Assembly: GCF_001194135.2 (NCBI RefSeq)
Contig: NC_068986.1
Coordinates: forward strand, 96,241,093 to 96,305,092
Direction of reading: 5' to 3'
Source of the DNA: Octopus bimaculoides
Lineage: Eukaryota
DNA length: 64,000 nucleotides
In this document: in pieces, positions 50,640 through 63,685 of the stretch
Layout of the letters: every line of letters starts with the position of its first letter
How positions within the stretch are numbered: position 1 is the first letter of the stretch
Position numbers and translations under genes: made by a program
Notes under the pieces: model-generated
Databases searched by the model: none
What the model was told of the DNA's origin: nothing
Seen by the model: the letters and a program-made list of their open reading frames with translations, nothing else

Positions 50640-50935
50640 CTGTGCCTCACAGCGTTCATACACACATAATTTTTCCCGTCTGGCCGTATAGCCTTTTCTG
50701 TTTGTTTTCCTGTCTTGTTTTTTGTCCGCCACTACATTCCTCCATGGCAAGGTTTAATTTGTGTATACAAATTTAATTTGTGGTCCATGGGAAGAGCCGT
50801 TTTAACGACGCGTCCTACCCAGCTCTTCGAAACACCGGTGTTAAAACGGGGGTAGCTGATGAAGGAGAATGTTCTCTATGTGGCTTGTGTGTTTTCTCGT
50901 CTACGTTTTGTTTGTAATGTCCTGTACCCAGATAT
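50640..50935 (+). mobile_element. Penelope-like element terminal fragment carrying hammerhead core motifs
   Basis: ctcttcGAAAcaccggtgttaaaacgggggtagCTGATGAaggagaatgttctc followed by a T-rich tail. Pairing of cgaaac and ctgatgaag motifs is characteristic of PLE ends. Confidence 0.5.
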
Positions 50936-51088
50936 GCACCTATACATACAGGTGGATGTCGGTATGCACATACCTGTACGTATATATGCATNNNNNNNNN
51001 NNNNNNNNNNNNNNNNNNNNNNNNNNNNNNNNNNNNNNNNNNNNNNNNNNNNNNNNNNNNNNNNNNNNNNNNNNNNNNNNNNNNNNNN

Positions 51089-51122
<34 letters not shown>

Positions 51123-52204
51123 TCTGTCTACTAAATCCACTCATGAGGTTTTGGTCAGTCCAGAAAAAATAAAGGACACATGTAATGTAGTCCAATAGAT
51201 TGTTTAGTCAGAAAGGAAAAGGCTGTGATATCTTGCATGCATTAATTTCAACCCTTCTTATTAAATAATTGCACTGTTTCTTTCCAGGCAAACTGACATC
51301 TGACTGTTCAAAGAAATCTTCAGGAGTAATTTTAGTAGGGACTTTTCTTGAAAATGAACAAAATTTGGCATCGTGGTGTCATCAAGTACCTGCAGGAAAA
51401 GGCTTTAGACCCCAACGACATTCATGCCTACATGATTACTAATAAAGCTCCAGCTTTATTAACATTGCAAAATTGAGCAGCTGAATTTAGAAGGTTTAAG
51501 GAGTCTTGAAGATGATCCAAGATCTAGACATCCTGCAACATTCTGAAAATTCTGCTTAAAGTTGAATTAATTAAGTGAGACCAGTACTTAACTGGTCCTC
51601 CGCCTCCTCCTCACCACTGCCACCACCATCACCACCACTATCATCATCATCTAGCATTAGCTTTTTCATGGTTGCATAGGTGAGATGGAGTTTACTGAGG
51701 TAGATTTTCTACAGCTGAATGCTCTTTTTGTTACCACTTTCAAATATTTCCAAGCAAAGTGGTAATTTCGCCATAGCTAGATGTGTCTTTTTTTTTTACA
51801 GAATACTGGAAATGAAGAACCTCACTTGTATGGCTGTAATACTTATTTACAACCATCGTGTGATATCTTGACATGGGTATACATAAACACATACACACAT
51901 GCATATATACAAAAATATATATATATATATGACACTTGTCAAAAATGCCATGGAGTGAGGCCAAACCAAAAACTACATGGTTGAGAAACAAACTTCTTAA
52001 CGACACAGCCATGCCTGATCCACCTAGGAAAGAGGTAAGGAAAACTGAACTCCAAACGGGACTTGAATCAAGAATGTAGTGGATATTATAAGGAATTTAA
52101 ATCATTGGTATATTGTTTGTATTTTGCAAACAGCATGTCCAAAAATAATGATTTCTTCAAGGTCACAAATTTCTTAGGAAGAAGACTTAGTCAATTGGAG
52201 TAAA

Positions 52205-52617
<413 letters not shown>

Positions 52618-54469
52618 AGCATGGCTTCCACCATCATCATCATCACCTTTAATATGGAAGTCAAGGTCTGCATCATTATAACCTTAATCTGAGGCCCTTG
52701 TAAACATCACCACCAGGACTTTGGCAGGGATGCATTCAGCAGAGTTCACTCCGTTGTTAAAAATATTTGAAACTTTTTTCTGGTTTGAGGATAAGTCAAT
52801 ACATTGATGAGTAGCTTCCTACTGTAGTAACATATGAGTCATGGTTTCTTCTTCCTTTCTTTTTCCCCACCATGCCTCTTTCTTTTAATAATACTTCTAT
52901 CATTGTAGATTTTCTTGTAGCTAACAAATCCATTTGGTGGGGAGTGACTGTTTGTTATGGGATTGGTTGATCAGGAGTTGATACTTCTCATTTGCAAAGT
53001 TTCCTTTATATCTTGGTAAAACAAACAAAGCAATTTTTTTTTTTTGCTGTGGGGTGGTGCAATGTAACCTAACCTAGGTTTTTTAAAAAAGGATTAGAAT
53101 AATATAAGCAGACATCAATGCCCAGAATGCAACAAGTAAAATCCAAAGACACAGATTTTGGTGCAGTAACACATATACAGAATGGAGTATCGCCATATTG
53201 TATGTAATCAGCTTGAGAGTATGAATACAATAGCAAGTCTGACAGATAGATGTGAGGTCAGTAACAGGAGAGTGACTTCTCCTTGACATATTACTCAAAC
53301 TACATCATCATCATTGTCATCATCATCTTCGTCATCTCTATTTTCCCTCCCACCCCAACTTTCTCCCAATTTCGATGCAGAAAGAATGTAGTCAAATATG
53401 TAAGGTATTGGACTGCTTAGTTCATATGCCTTCATTTCAAACCTGCTTTCAAGTAACAGTAGATATTATACAGTTTGTGAAAGTAGAGTGTCTTGTAGAA
53501 GGAAACTACAACATAATGGCTATAAGCAGGAAGTGGAGATACATCTTAGTGGATGCAGTGAAGTAAAGTGTCTTGTCTAAGGTGACTTAACACAACGGAT
53601 AAAACCAGTGATGGTGGTAGTACCTATTATAGAGTTAGATGGACTGTGGTGAAGTAGCACAACTTGTCTAAGGAGACAAAACAGCTGTTGTTATCTTGAA
53701 CAACTGTTTGTATCAATGTCATCAATACAAGGGAACCTCTAAATGTGTGGGCTTTATCTCTTTCCTTCTTCCCATCATAATTGTTGTTCTGTATGTCAAT
53801 GCGATTCACCCATATTGGCAAAGGGCCAACTTTACTATGCTCTTTTATTCAAAGAAATAATCGTTTCTAGTTCAAGCACAAAACAAGGCTGACTTTATTG
53901 TGATGCAGTGGAATGACCCTGAGAACTATGCCAGAAGAGCACAAACATTTGGTAGGGCTTCCCATGCTGTGCAGGTCAAAGAATAGAGGTCATAAGGGTT
54001 TATGTAGGGCCAACACCTCTACCTAGAAAAAAACAAAGTTACAGAAGCATCAACGACAATTCAAAACTAACAAGACCTGAGAGAGGAAGTCTTTCTCTTG
54101 AGGAAATATATGACATGGTGCAACAAAATTCAAAAAGGAGCTGCAAGGCCAAAGAGCTGAAAAAGCATGGGTCCAACTGGAGAGAAGCAGAAAAGATGGC
54201 TTAAAGTAAAGAACAATAGAGAAAAGTTGTCAGTGGCCTCCTATGATCTGGAGAGAGCAAAGAGTTTAAGTATGTTACCTATGGTAGACTGGTGTCCTAT
54301 CCAGGAGGATATTTTATCTTTCATCTACCTTTACATCATTAAACCAGACATATATTTGGACACTTTTTACATAGACACCCATATCATCATCATCATCGTC
54401 ATTTTACACCCAATCATCACTTGCCATGTTCTAATGGGTTGAGTGCTTTGATGGGATCCAATGGGTCAG

Positions 54470-56230
54470 AAGACCACTATCTGTGAGGGAACCATCCTTT
54501 TGGAAGAGGGGTCCTATTTTGCAGCATACTGAGGCTGTTTCTTTGGCATAATGAAAGAAGGCCTTTGGGTTTGACTTAATGTTTTTTTTATAACCCAGGC
54601 TTCTTTATCTGCTCTCTCCCTCACATAAGATTGTTGCAGGCTTTTTTCAGTCTCCATCAGTGTTGTTTTTAGGTGGGGCCCTTCACTAGTTTTGGAATGT
54701 TGGTTGAAGCGATTTGCAACCTTCGTCCGTCGTCTTATGAGGATCTTCCTCTCTCTTGGATCCATGTTCCTTTTTGTGTTGGCCGTGTGCTCTGGGATAT
54801 ATTTCTGGCATATGCTTTGCATAACAAACATGAAATATTCTAGTTTCATGCCAATGTCTGGTGTGGAGAGACATTTCAGCCAGTCTTGTCTGAGGATTTC
54901 TTTTTGGATCAATTTCCAGTCTGCTTTGTGGAAGTTGGAGAGATTTTGGGTGCTTTTCCTTTAGGCTGTATGTTTCTGGTTAGTTTTGGTCAATACATAG
55001 ACAGCTCTATTATGTTGTGATCCGAAACTAATGTCGGTGTCACTTTCACATCATGAATGATGTCCGTGTTGTTCGTGAAGCAGAGATCCAATATGTTATT
55101 TACCCTCGTTGGTCAGAGTACAATTTGCTCCATGAATAGGGCATTGGTGAGGTTGAGCAGGGACTTGTTTACAATGAGTCATTCCTGAGAACATGAGGAC
55201 TTCGGAATTTTTGACATTGGGGAAGTTGAAATCACCCATAAGAAATATACTCAGATGATGTTCCAGTTTCATGAGGATTTCTTTAATTCTTGTGAGGCAA
55301 TCTTCATACTTGCTTATGTGGTTTAGAACATCCAGTGGGTGATATGTATTGCATATGACTATATTGTGTTGTCATATGTATACAATTAGAGAGTCACAGA
55401 CTGAATTTGAGTATGACAGTAAGACCTGGGGTGTGAGGTCTTCCTGGATGTATACAGCAACTCCATCATAGCTCCTTTCCCTTCTGTCTGTTCGCAGTAT
55501 GGTATATTTTGGTACGCGTACTTCTGCATCCTCCATATCAGGGCTCAGATGAGTTTCCATGAGTGCTATGCATAGGGCTTTATTGCATGCAGCAAGGTCT
55601 CCCAGGAAAAAATTTTGCTTTTGTTGTGATGCAACAGGTCTCCAATATTAAGTAAAAATATTAGTGTGACGACTGTGCAGGCATTACGGGAGACCATCCC
55701 ATGTCTGTTGATTGTGATGAGCAAGGTTCCTTGTTTGTGCTTGATGTAGCCTGGTCAGCTGCTGCACAATCTTTTGCGCCATGCACAAAAAAAAACTCTA
55801 GCTCAGCTGCTGCCTTGTGCATAACATCTGAAGAACGCATTGCATTTGCATACATTTTATTTGGAAAACGGTTGGTGCCTTTCCTCAGGGAGGTATTTCT
55901 CCTTAGGGAGCCTGTAGTTTTAGCGGGGTCTCAGTTTGTACCATCTTCCCCATGCCAACACTTGCCTTGTAGGTAAAATTTGCATGTCCTTGACTTAACT
56001 CCATATTTCTTCTCTCCTCTATGGCTTCAGATTCCATTGGAGTCTCCATAATCGAGTTTTCTGTCAGCTGGAGGAGGGAGAGATTGTTGGAGGTTGACAA
56101 GAGAGGTTTCTGGAGGTTGGCGGGAAAGTTTGTTGGAGGTCGGCGTGAGGCAAAGACATTATTCTGCTTAGCTGAGGCATCTGGGAAATATATAACTGCT
56201 GTCATTCACAGAAAAACTATTGTTTTACTG
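54470..56230 (-). mobile_element. CR1-group LINE relic: CCCH-finger ORF1, APE endonuclease and linker, RT missing
   Basis: ORF1 relic TCKFYLQGKCWHGEDGTN; APE motifs ETHLSPDMEDAEVRVPKYTILRTDRRERSYDGVAVYI, IFLMGDFNFPN and LDLCF; linker ADWKLIQKEILRQDW and IKSNPKAFFHYAK...KIGPL. Multiple stops and frameshifts. Confidence 0.8.
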
Positions 56231-56449
56231 TGAGAAAAGTGCTGTTGAAGTGTTAAGTGAAATTTGGCAATCGAGGATCGAATCTACGCTATGCTTGCAT
56301 GAAGCCACTACAAATACGTTGTGGAATAAAAAATTTATCTCCTGTCATGGAAAAAGTGTAACTGTCAAAATGCAGAATTATCGGAGTAATTAGCATTCAA
56401 AAAAGTATGTATGTATAGAAATGTATGAATGAAGTCTTTAATGTTTAAG

Positions 56450-57083
56450 ATTCAAATTAAGGAAGTGCAATAATAATGTTTAGCAGTTCAAAACTGTGAG
56501 TAGGGAAATGCAGAATTAGGTCAGCTGATCATTAGAATCAAATATTGATCGCTTCTCTAAAATCTGCAGGTGGTATGGGTTATTTCCCTTGGGATGTTTA
56601 AATAAAATATTAGTAATATGTGGTAGATAGAAAGATCCATTGCAAAGGCCCTATTATCGATGTTTATCAACAATCTAAGTATGTCACGAGGTTTCCACAA
56701 ATGTGTTCTACTCATGTGTCAAATAAAGTATAAATGTGATATTGTCTGCAAAAATTAGAAATAGGACACACAAAGAATCAATATTCAAAGTAATTGTACA
56801 TAAAAAACGAAATGGGTTATTTTCCTTGGGTATTTAAAAAATATTGTACAGATGCTAAGGGTTATTTCCCTTGGATGGTTAAAAAAAAATTAGTTATATG
56901 AGGTAGATCCCTTCTGGGGGCCGTATTATCGATTTTTTCAACAATCTAAGTATGTTACGCGGTTTCCAGACATCAGTTCTACTCACGTGTTAAGTTTCAT
57001 CAAAATCAATACAATAATGTAGGAGGAGTTAGCTAACAACGCTACAAACAAACACACACTGATTTTTAATATATGAAGAAGAT
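56450..57083 (+). mobile_element. Non-autonomous Helitron-like element with an internal duplicated block
   Basis: Block gggttatttcccttgg.atg...tattatcgat...caacaatctaagtatgt.acg.ggtttcca occurs at ~56577 and ~56860. The 3' end aagtttcatcaaaatc...acaaacaaacacacactgatttttaatatatgaagaagat resembles Helitron-N ends. Confidence 0.5.
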
Positions 57084-57159
57084 ATTTCTGTATATTATAT
57101 ATATATATATATATATATACATATTTATGTATATTATATATATATACATATTTATGTGT

Positions 57160-57193
<34 letters not shown>

Positions 57194-58339
57194 CCTCACT
57201 CAGAGATTTAATATAGTATGAATATATAAATGTATATAGATATATGAATGTATATATATAAATATATGTAAATATATATATATATATATATATACATACT
57301 TAATTATATCAAAGGGAAATGGAAATTAATAAAAGTTTTCACTTACAAGTGGCCTAGCATATAAAAGTTTAGTCCAAAGACTATGAATTACTCGTAAGGT
57401 ACAGTGTATATTTAAATACACTAGAGGAATCCACTCATGGGATTTCTTACACTAGAAAGAACAGCTAGGTTCTAGAACCACAAAATTAGGGATAAAATGA
57501 AAAATAAAAACTTTTACCGTCCCTTTTCCTGGACCAATTGGTTTCTGACTTTAGTTTAGGAATTGATTGCCTCGTGTTTATATATTTTAGTCTTAGGTGT
57601 ACCTGTTGAAAACGACTTCACCTAGCAAATTATCTAATTTGCTAGATATATATATATATATACATGTGTATGTATAAATATATATGCATAGTTCCCAACC
57701 TGATGGCCTGGTTGTGAAGTTCACTTTGTTACAATATGGCTTTCAAGTTCACTCCTACCACATGTGTCTTCTACTATAGCTTTTGGCTGACCAATGCTTT
57801 ATGAGTGGAATTTGTAGATAGAAACAGAATCTATTGTGTGTGTGCATGTGAATACCACTCCCTGATCATATGAGGGTTCTTGTCTTGCAAGTTACCAGGT
57901 GACCTTATCATAGTTGCTGGTGCCATATAGAAAGTGCTCTGTACACTCTGTAAAGTGGTTTGCATTAGGAAGAGCATCCAGCTATAGAAGCCATATAAAC
58001 GCAGAGTTTGGTGCAGTCTTCCAACTTGCCAGTTCCTGTCAAACTTTGCAACCTATACCAGCATAGAAAATAGACATTAAATAATGAAAATTATGTTTAT
58101 ATGTGTTTGAAAGTGTGTGTGTGTGTTTCTGTCTCATTGTCTTGATATTGCATGATTGTTGTAAAACGAATATCATTTACTTCTAATTTTCTGCCAAGAC
58201 ATGTCTGATCATGGGGAAACAGGTATGAGTAGACAACAGGAAGGGCAGCCAGTGATGGAAAATGTGCCTCAATAAACTCTGTCTGACCCACACAAACATA
58301 GAAAAGTGGGCATTAAAACAATGATGATGATGATGAATA

Positions 58340-58398
58340 TATCAGCTATTGCAAATATGTGCCTGTCCTATCAGCTATTGCAAATAGGACAGGCACAT
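58340..58398. repeat. Perfect 15-bp inverted repeat with overlapping 18-bp direct repeat
   Basis: Arms atgtgcctgtcctat 58357-58371 and ataggacaggcacat 58384-58398; direct repeat tatcagctattgcaaata at 58340 and 58369. Confidence 0.9.
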
Positions 58399-60539
58399 CT
58401 TTGTGTTGCTTCTATACACTAATAGATTAAGTTTTATTCAAATTACGTTGCTTTTTTTATTTTATTTTAATCTTTCTCTTCCCAACCAATTTTAGCCAAA
58501 AATAAAAATAGAATTTGATGGCTTATTTGACAATTACGAAAAAAAAAAAAATGAAACCCTTCTATACAGAAGTAATAAAGCTTCCTACATACTGGCATAA
58601 TCTATCATCAATGCAGTGATGGTATGTTACTAGATTTTTGCAGTAGCGGTTGTCCTAATAGTAATGATGAGTCAATGGCACATCAATGCAGCAATAAAAC
58701 AGGTTTAAAATGTAGACCAACAACACCAATAAATTGATGTGTCATCAATCTACTGACTCATTCCAAATTTGTATACATTTGAACAAGCTGCAGTACATTG
58801 TATTTTCATCTGTCTCAACCCTGAAAAGCTCAACCATTCATGGGATTTAATCTCCACTTTTTCTTTGCCATGGTTACCTGTTCCATCTATCAGGTGTTGC
58901 CTATTACATGTATTATGTAACCATTTGTAACCCACACATCAGCTATGTCAAGCTTCTTTATCATTTCAAGGATGCATCTAAGTTTATATTACAAAATACA
59001 TATTATATATCACTTATAATATACATCCAAGTTTGTTACACTCAAATCAAGAATATATTATAATTTAATATATATATCATCATCATCATCATCACTTAAC
59101 ATGTTTTCCATGCTGACATAAGTTGGACAGTCTGAGAGAAGGTGGCAACCATAAGGACTGTGCCAAGTTTTACTGTTGCCTTTGGCATGGTTTCTACAGC
59201 TGGATACCCTTCCTAATACCAAATACTTTACAGAATTTACCAGGTGCTTTTTACATGGCACCAGCCTGAGCCCTAGCAAGGTTACCAAGTAACTTGCAAA
59301 ATAAAGACCCTCTTGACAGAGAGGGGGAGTAGTGTTGAGGGAGGTGGCTTTATTCTGGGTAACGACGAGAGGGTAAACTATGATAGAAAGAAAGAAACAT
59401 GTATCTTGCCATAGAGGAGAGACATGGTTACCTCCAGTTGGAAAAGAGAGGAGAGAATATAATATTATATAAACTTGCACCCAAGCTTATGTTCGACAAC
59501 TAGATACCAACAGAATAAGTATTAGGGTCAATTTGATTGATTAATTCCTTCAAGGTGGTGCTCCAGCATGGCAAAGAAACAAGTAAAAGAGAGGGGGAAA
59601 AAAGGAAAGAATATAAACATTTAGAAGCAATTGGGGATGAAGGATGTTTTTAATTTTTCGATCAAATCTTCAAACTAATAGTTAGGTAAAGTAAGCCATT
59701 GTAATTAATCGACATCTGGGCCTTGTAAACAGCCAGTAAATTAAGAACAGACTAAAATAATTTTGTTTTTAAATCTGAAAACGAAGGTAAGCCTTTTGCG
59801 TTCGTTATGTTGAGGTAGGCTTTCCAAGGGAAGTAACTTGTACATTTACTATTTAAAACTTACCATTCACATGTGACTAGTGCAGTTCATGAAAATGTAT
59901 TAGCTAACCTTCTTTACTTCCATAACCAATTTAAAAATCAAACGACACAAATTTTCTTGCTTTACGATCATTTACCTAGTATGAAAAGAGTCCAATGTAT
60001 GGATTATCCCAGGTTGGCACTCATGAAGCTGATCTGTCATCAAAGGCATTCCTGCCATAACAGGACTATATTATTCAGTATAATGGTAGAGTGAACTCTA
60101 AAGAAAATGTGGTTGCTATTCTTAGCAAGAGGATATAAAACAAGTACCAGCTGAGCACTGGAATTGATGTAATCAACTAGCTTCCCTCCTGCAAAATTTC
60201 AGGCTTTTTGCCTAAAGTAGAAAGACAATGAGCTGCATCCAAGCTGGATCACTGCCTTCAATGGTTCCAAACAACAATTACTTATTTTCTCATCCTTCAA
60301 GAGAGAGCAAGGCTGCCAACCTGATTATAAAGATATAGTCATTCAATGTACTGCTTTTTTACAGAGTGGACTGGACTGGACACATTTTATGGAAGCACTA
60401 GCACTACTGAGGTTGTTTTGTATCCTGTAAAACCAAAACTCCTCACGACTCTCTGATGTATTCATTCATTCATATATTACATGCGTGTGTTTGTGTGTAT
60501 TGGCCAGTGTGTCTCTCTGTCACAAAACTTAGCCATTTT

Positions 60540-60795
60540 ACAGGGTTTTCGAGCAAGATCATTGCCAGTGCCACATAAAAGACACCATTTCGAGCGTGGC
60601 CGTTTTCGTGCGGGTGACACGTAAAAGCACCCACTACACTCTCTGAGTGGTTGGCGTTAGGAAGAGCATCCAGCTGTAGAAACTCTGCCAAATTAGATTG
60701 GAGCCTGGTGTTGCCATCCGGTTTCACCAGTCCTCAGTCAAATCGTCCAACCCATGCTAGTATGGAAAGCGGACGTTAAACGATGATGATGATGA
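60540..60795 (+). mobile_element. SINE family C, young subfamily
   Basis: agggttttcgagcaagatc...ggcgttaggaagagcatccagctg...gttaaacgatgatgatgatga. Confidence 0.8.
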
Positions 60796-62006
60796 AATAC
60801 ATGGGTTGATATAATTAAAATTTATAATGGTGTTCCTGTATGGCAGTTGCCCAATGATTGGAACCGGCAAAAGGATTCATATGTTCCTTCATTTATTGCT
60901 TTCCTATACTGGCAAAAGTTTATTACTGAGGTATTATTTTTACAGCCAGATGCTTCCCCACATTACTATTTTTCAATCAAGGAATTTTTATACCATTTGT
61001 CTTTGAAAGAGGCAGAGATATGCAGTGATCTGGTGACAGGGAATTATCAACATAACATCACTACCTTCTGCTGAAGCAATTTCATGTCAAAGTGTCACAG
61101 AATGTAAACATTTACAGACATAAATATATGGATGGGCTTTCATATAGTTTCCATCAACCAATTCTACTCACAAAGTTTTAGTTGACCTGGAACAATAGTA
61201 GAAGACACTTGCCTAAGATGCCATGCATAGGGAGGCTAAATCCAAAAGCACCTAATTGCAACGCAAACGTCTTAACCATATGTCCATGCCAACACCGGTA
61301 GAACATATATATATTAATTTTATACATATGGAGGGGTTAGTGTTAGAAAGGGCATCCAGCTGTAGAACCCATGTCAAATCAGATTGGAACCTAGTGCTGC
61401 CCTCCAGCTTGCCAGTTTGTCAAATTGTCTCACCCATGCCAGCATGGAAAGCAGATAATAAGTGATGAGGATGATGAAATATAATGGATTCAAGAGAAAT
61501 GAGATTGACTGACACTGTCTCACTGAAGAGTGAAATCACCAAGCAATACAGAGCAGCCAAGCATAGCATCATGTATTCATTGGTGTTGAGAATGAAGTAG
61601 GATCTGAGAGATGTAGAAGAGAGTCATGCTGCAAACAATGCCAGTCTGAAAAGAAACAGCATGCATAAAATTGCCGATAATTAAAGGTATGAAATGGCTT
61701 TGGCCAGGAATTGAAACCTGCTCATTAGTTTAGAATTTACACAACTTTCTATATTAAATTACTCTCAATACTTGAATGGTACCTGTATTTTATCAACTTT
61801 GGAAAGCTGAAAGGCAAAGAAGAAGGTCATACTTGACATGGAAGCATTTAAGGTAAAGTCGATAACAATTCAGAACATAGAGGACTGTTATTAAATACCA
61901 TAAGGCATTTTGTATGATGATCAAATAATTCTACTATCATGGTAGTAGTAATAGTAGTAGTTACAAGCACAATCATAATTACAACAACAGTAACAATACA
62001 AATATT

Positions 62007-62211
62007 TTATTTAACTTTTTTTTTCCCCTTTCCTCCCTTTTTCTTCTGATTATTCTTTGCCTTCATCGATCGTTTGTCCTTCTTTAATCGTCTGTCAACC
62101 ACCTTGAAAGGCCCCTTGGGTTTTGCCCCCTTTGTTCCACCACCTTTCTTAGATATCACATATGAAACTTCTTTCTTCTGTTTCGTCAGCAAACCAGCTT
62201 TCTTGTATATT
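62007..62211 (-). CDS. FTSJ3: FTSJ3/SPB1 pre-rRNA 2'-O-ribose methyltransferase, terminal coding exon
   Basis: Translates (E)IYKKAGLLTKQKKEVSYVISKKGGGTKGAKPKGPFKVVDRRLKKDKRSMKAKNNQKKKGGKGKKKVK*, matching the recalled Spb1 C-terminus (human ...SLYKKAG...VTYVVAKKG...FKVVDSRMKKD). Acceptor tttctgtttccag ends at 62212, phase 2; TAA at 62007-62009. Confidence 0.93.
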
Positions 62212-62605
62212 CTGGAAACAGAAATAGACGAAGGATAGGAAAAAAGAAAACACACACACAAAAAAAAAAAACGTTTTAAATAGACACTTATCAATGTATA
62301 CACATACATACACATACATTTACATACAGTACCATCATTTATTCGGTTGTCTAAGGTATACAAATGATATGATATACACATGCATGTGTATATCATATCA
62401 TTCAACCAATTCTAAAAGTGTGTATGTGTATATCACATGACTGAATAGACTATCAGATGTTGTTACACATCGCCGATTACAATGTGCTTTGCATCATTTT
62501 AGTCTTCAAAGGCTAAGTGAGCAGGCAAACATTCACCCACGATCGAAAGGAGGGATGGAGTAATGTGAAATGAACTCTTTTGCTCGAGAACACAATGCTC
62601 CACCC

Positions 62606-62903
62606 AGTCTGGGAATTGAACTTGTGATCTAGTAATCATTAGTGAAACTGCCTGACCATAGGCCACATGCCTTCATAATGTGTGTGTGTGTATGCATATA
62701 CACACAGACATATTTAACAAGATCATTCATTAAGTTCTAATTGTGTGTGAGTCTGGGAATCGAACTTGTGATCTAGCAATCGTCAGTGCAACTGTCTGAC
62801 CACTAGGCCATATGCCTTCATAACGTGTGTGCCTGTGTACACATGCACAAACTATACACAGACATGTTTAACAAGATCATTCATTAAGTTCTAATTGTGT
62901 GTG
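62606..62903. repeat. Tandem duplication (144 and 154 bp) in the last FTSJ3 intron
   Basis: Units agtctgggaat(t/c)gaacttgtgatctag...tttaacaagatcattcattaagttctaattgtgtgtg start at 62606 and 62750. Confidence 0.85.
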
Positions 62904-63590
62904 AGTGTGTCTATGTCCATGCACACCCACACCCATAATTAGAATTGGTGAAAAATCAATGCACTATTGTTATTACACATGCATATACATACATAAATTT
63001 ATATAAAATATATTCACTTCATCAATTATAGTCTTCCAAACCCAATACTAAGTACATCTCATCATCATTTAACATCCGTTTTTCATGCTGGCAAGGGTTG
63101 GACAATTTGACAAGGGCTGGTAAAGCTGGGAGCTGCACAAGCTTCCATTGTCTGATTTAGCATGGATTCAACAGCTAAATGCCCTTCTTAATGCTATTTT
63201 TTCATCTTATCCAGCTGTAAAAATCCTGTGAAAAGTCTCAGAAGTCTGGTGCAGGCTTCTGCTTGGCTGGCTCTTGTGAAACCGTTCTACCATGCTAGCA
63301 TGGAAGATGGACATTAAACGACGATGATGATTTCCTAACCAGTTTGTTTCCTACCTTCCATGAAAATTTGTCTGGCCATGAGGAAATATTACCTTATTTG
63401 GACACAAGGCTTGGAAACAGGGAGGGCATCTGACCATAAAAATCCCACTTCAATGAATTCCATCCAATCCATACATGCATGAAAAAGTCATCATCATCAT
63501 CATCATCATCACCATCGTACCCAAATGCAGACACACACACACACACACACCTTTTGACATACACAGAGATAGAGAGTATTCTGTACTTAC

Positions 63591-63685
63591 TCCTTAATCT
63601 TCAGCCATTTCTCCCTCTCTGAAGTGTCCACACAGTCTGTAATTGTCTCTGCCCTCTTTCGAACCTTCTGCAGTTTCTTTGTCAT
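63591..63685 (-). CDS. FTSJ3: FTSJ3/SPB1 penultimate coding exon (upstream exons are outside the window)
   Basis: 95-nt exon between ttgtacag and gtaagt, translating MTKKLQKVRKRAETITDCVDTSEREKWLKIK+GA (human [31 protein letters not shown]). Phase 2 end joins the terminal exon as GA|A = Glu. Confidence 0.92.

Noticed and set aside
4059-51198. ORFs containing X runs (4059, 17336, 29866, 48070, 50815 etc.)
   Set aside because: They read through assembly gaps of unknown true length.
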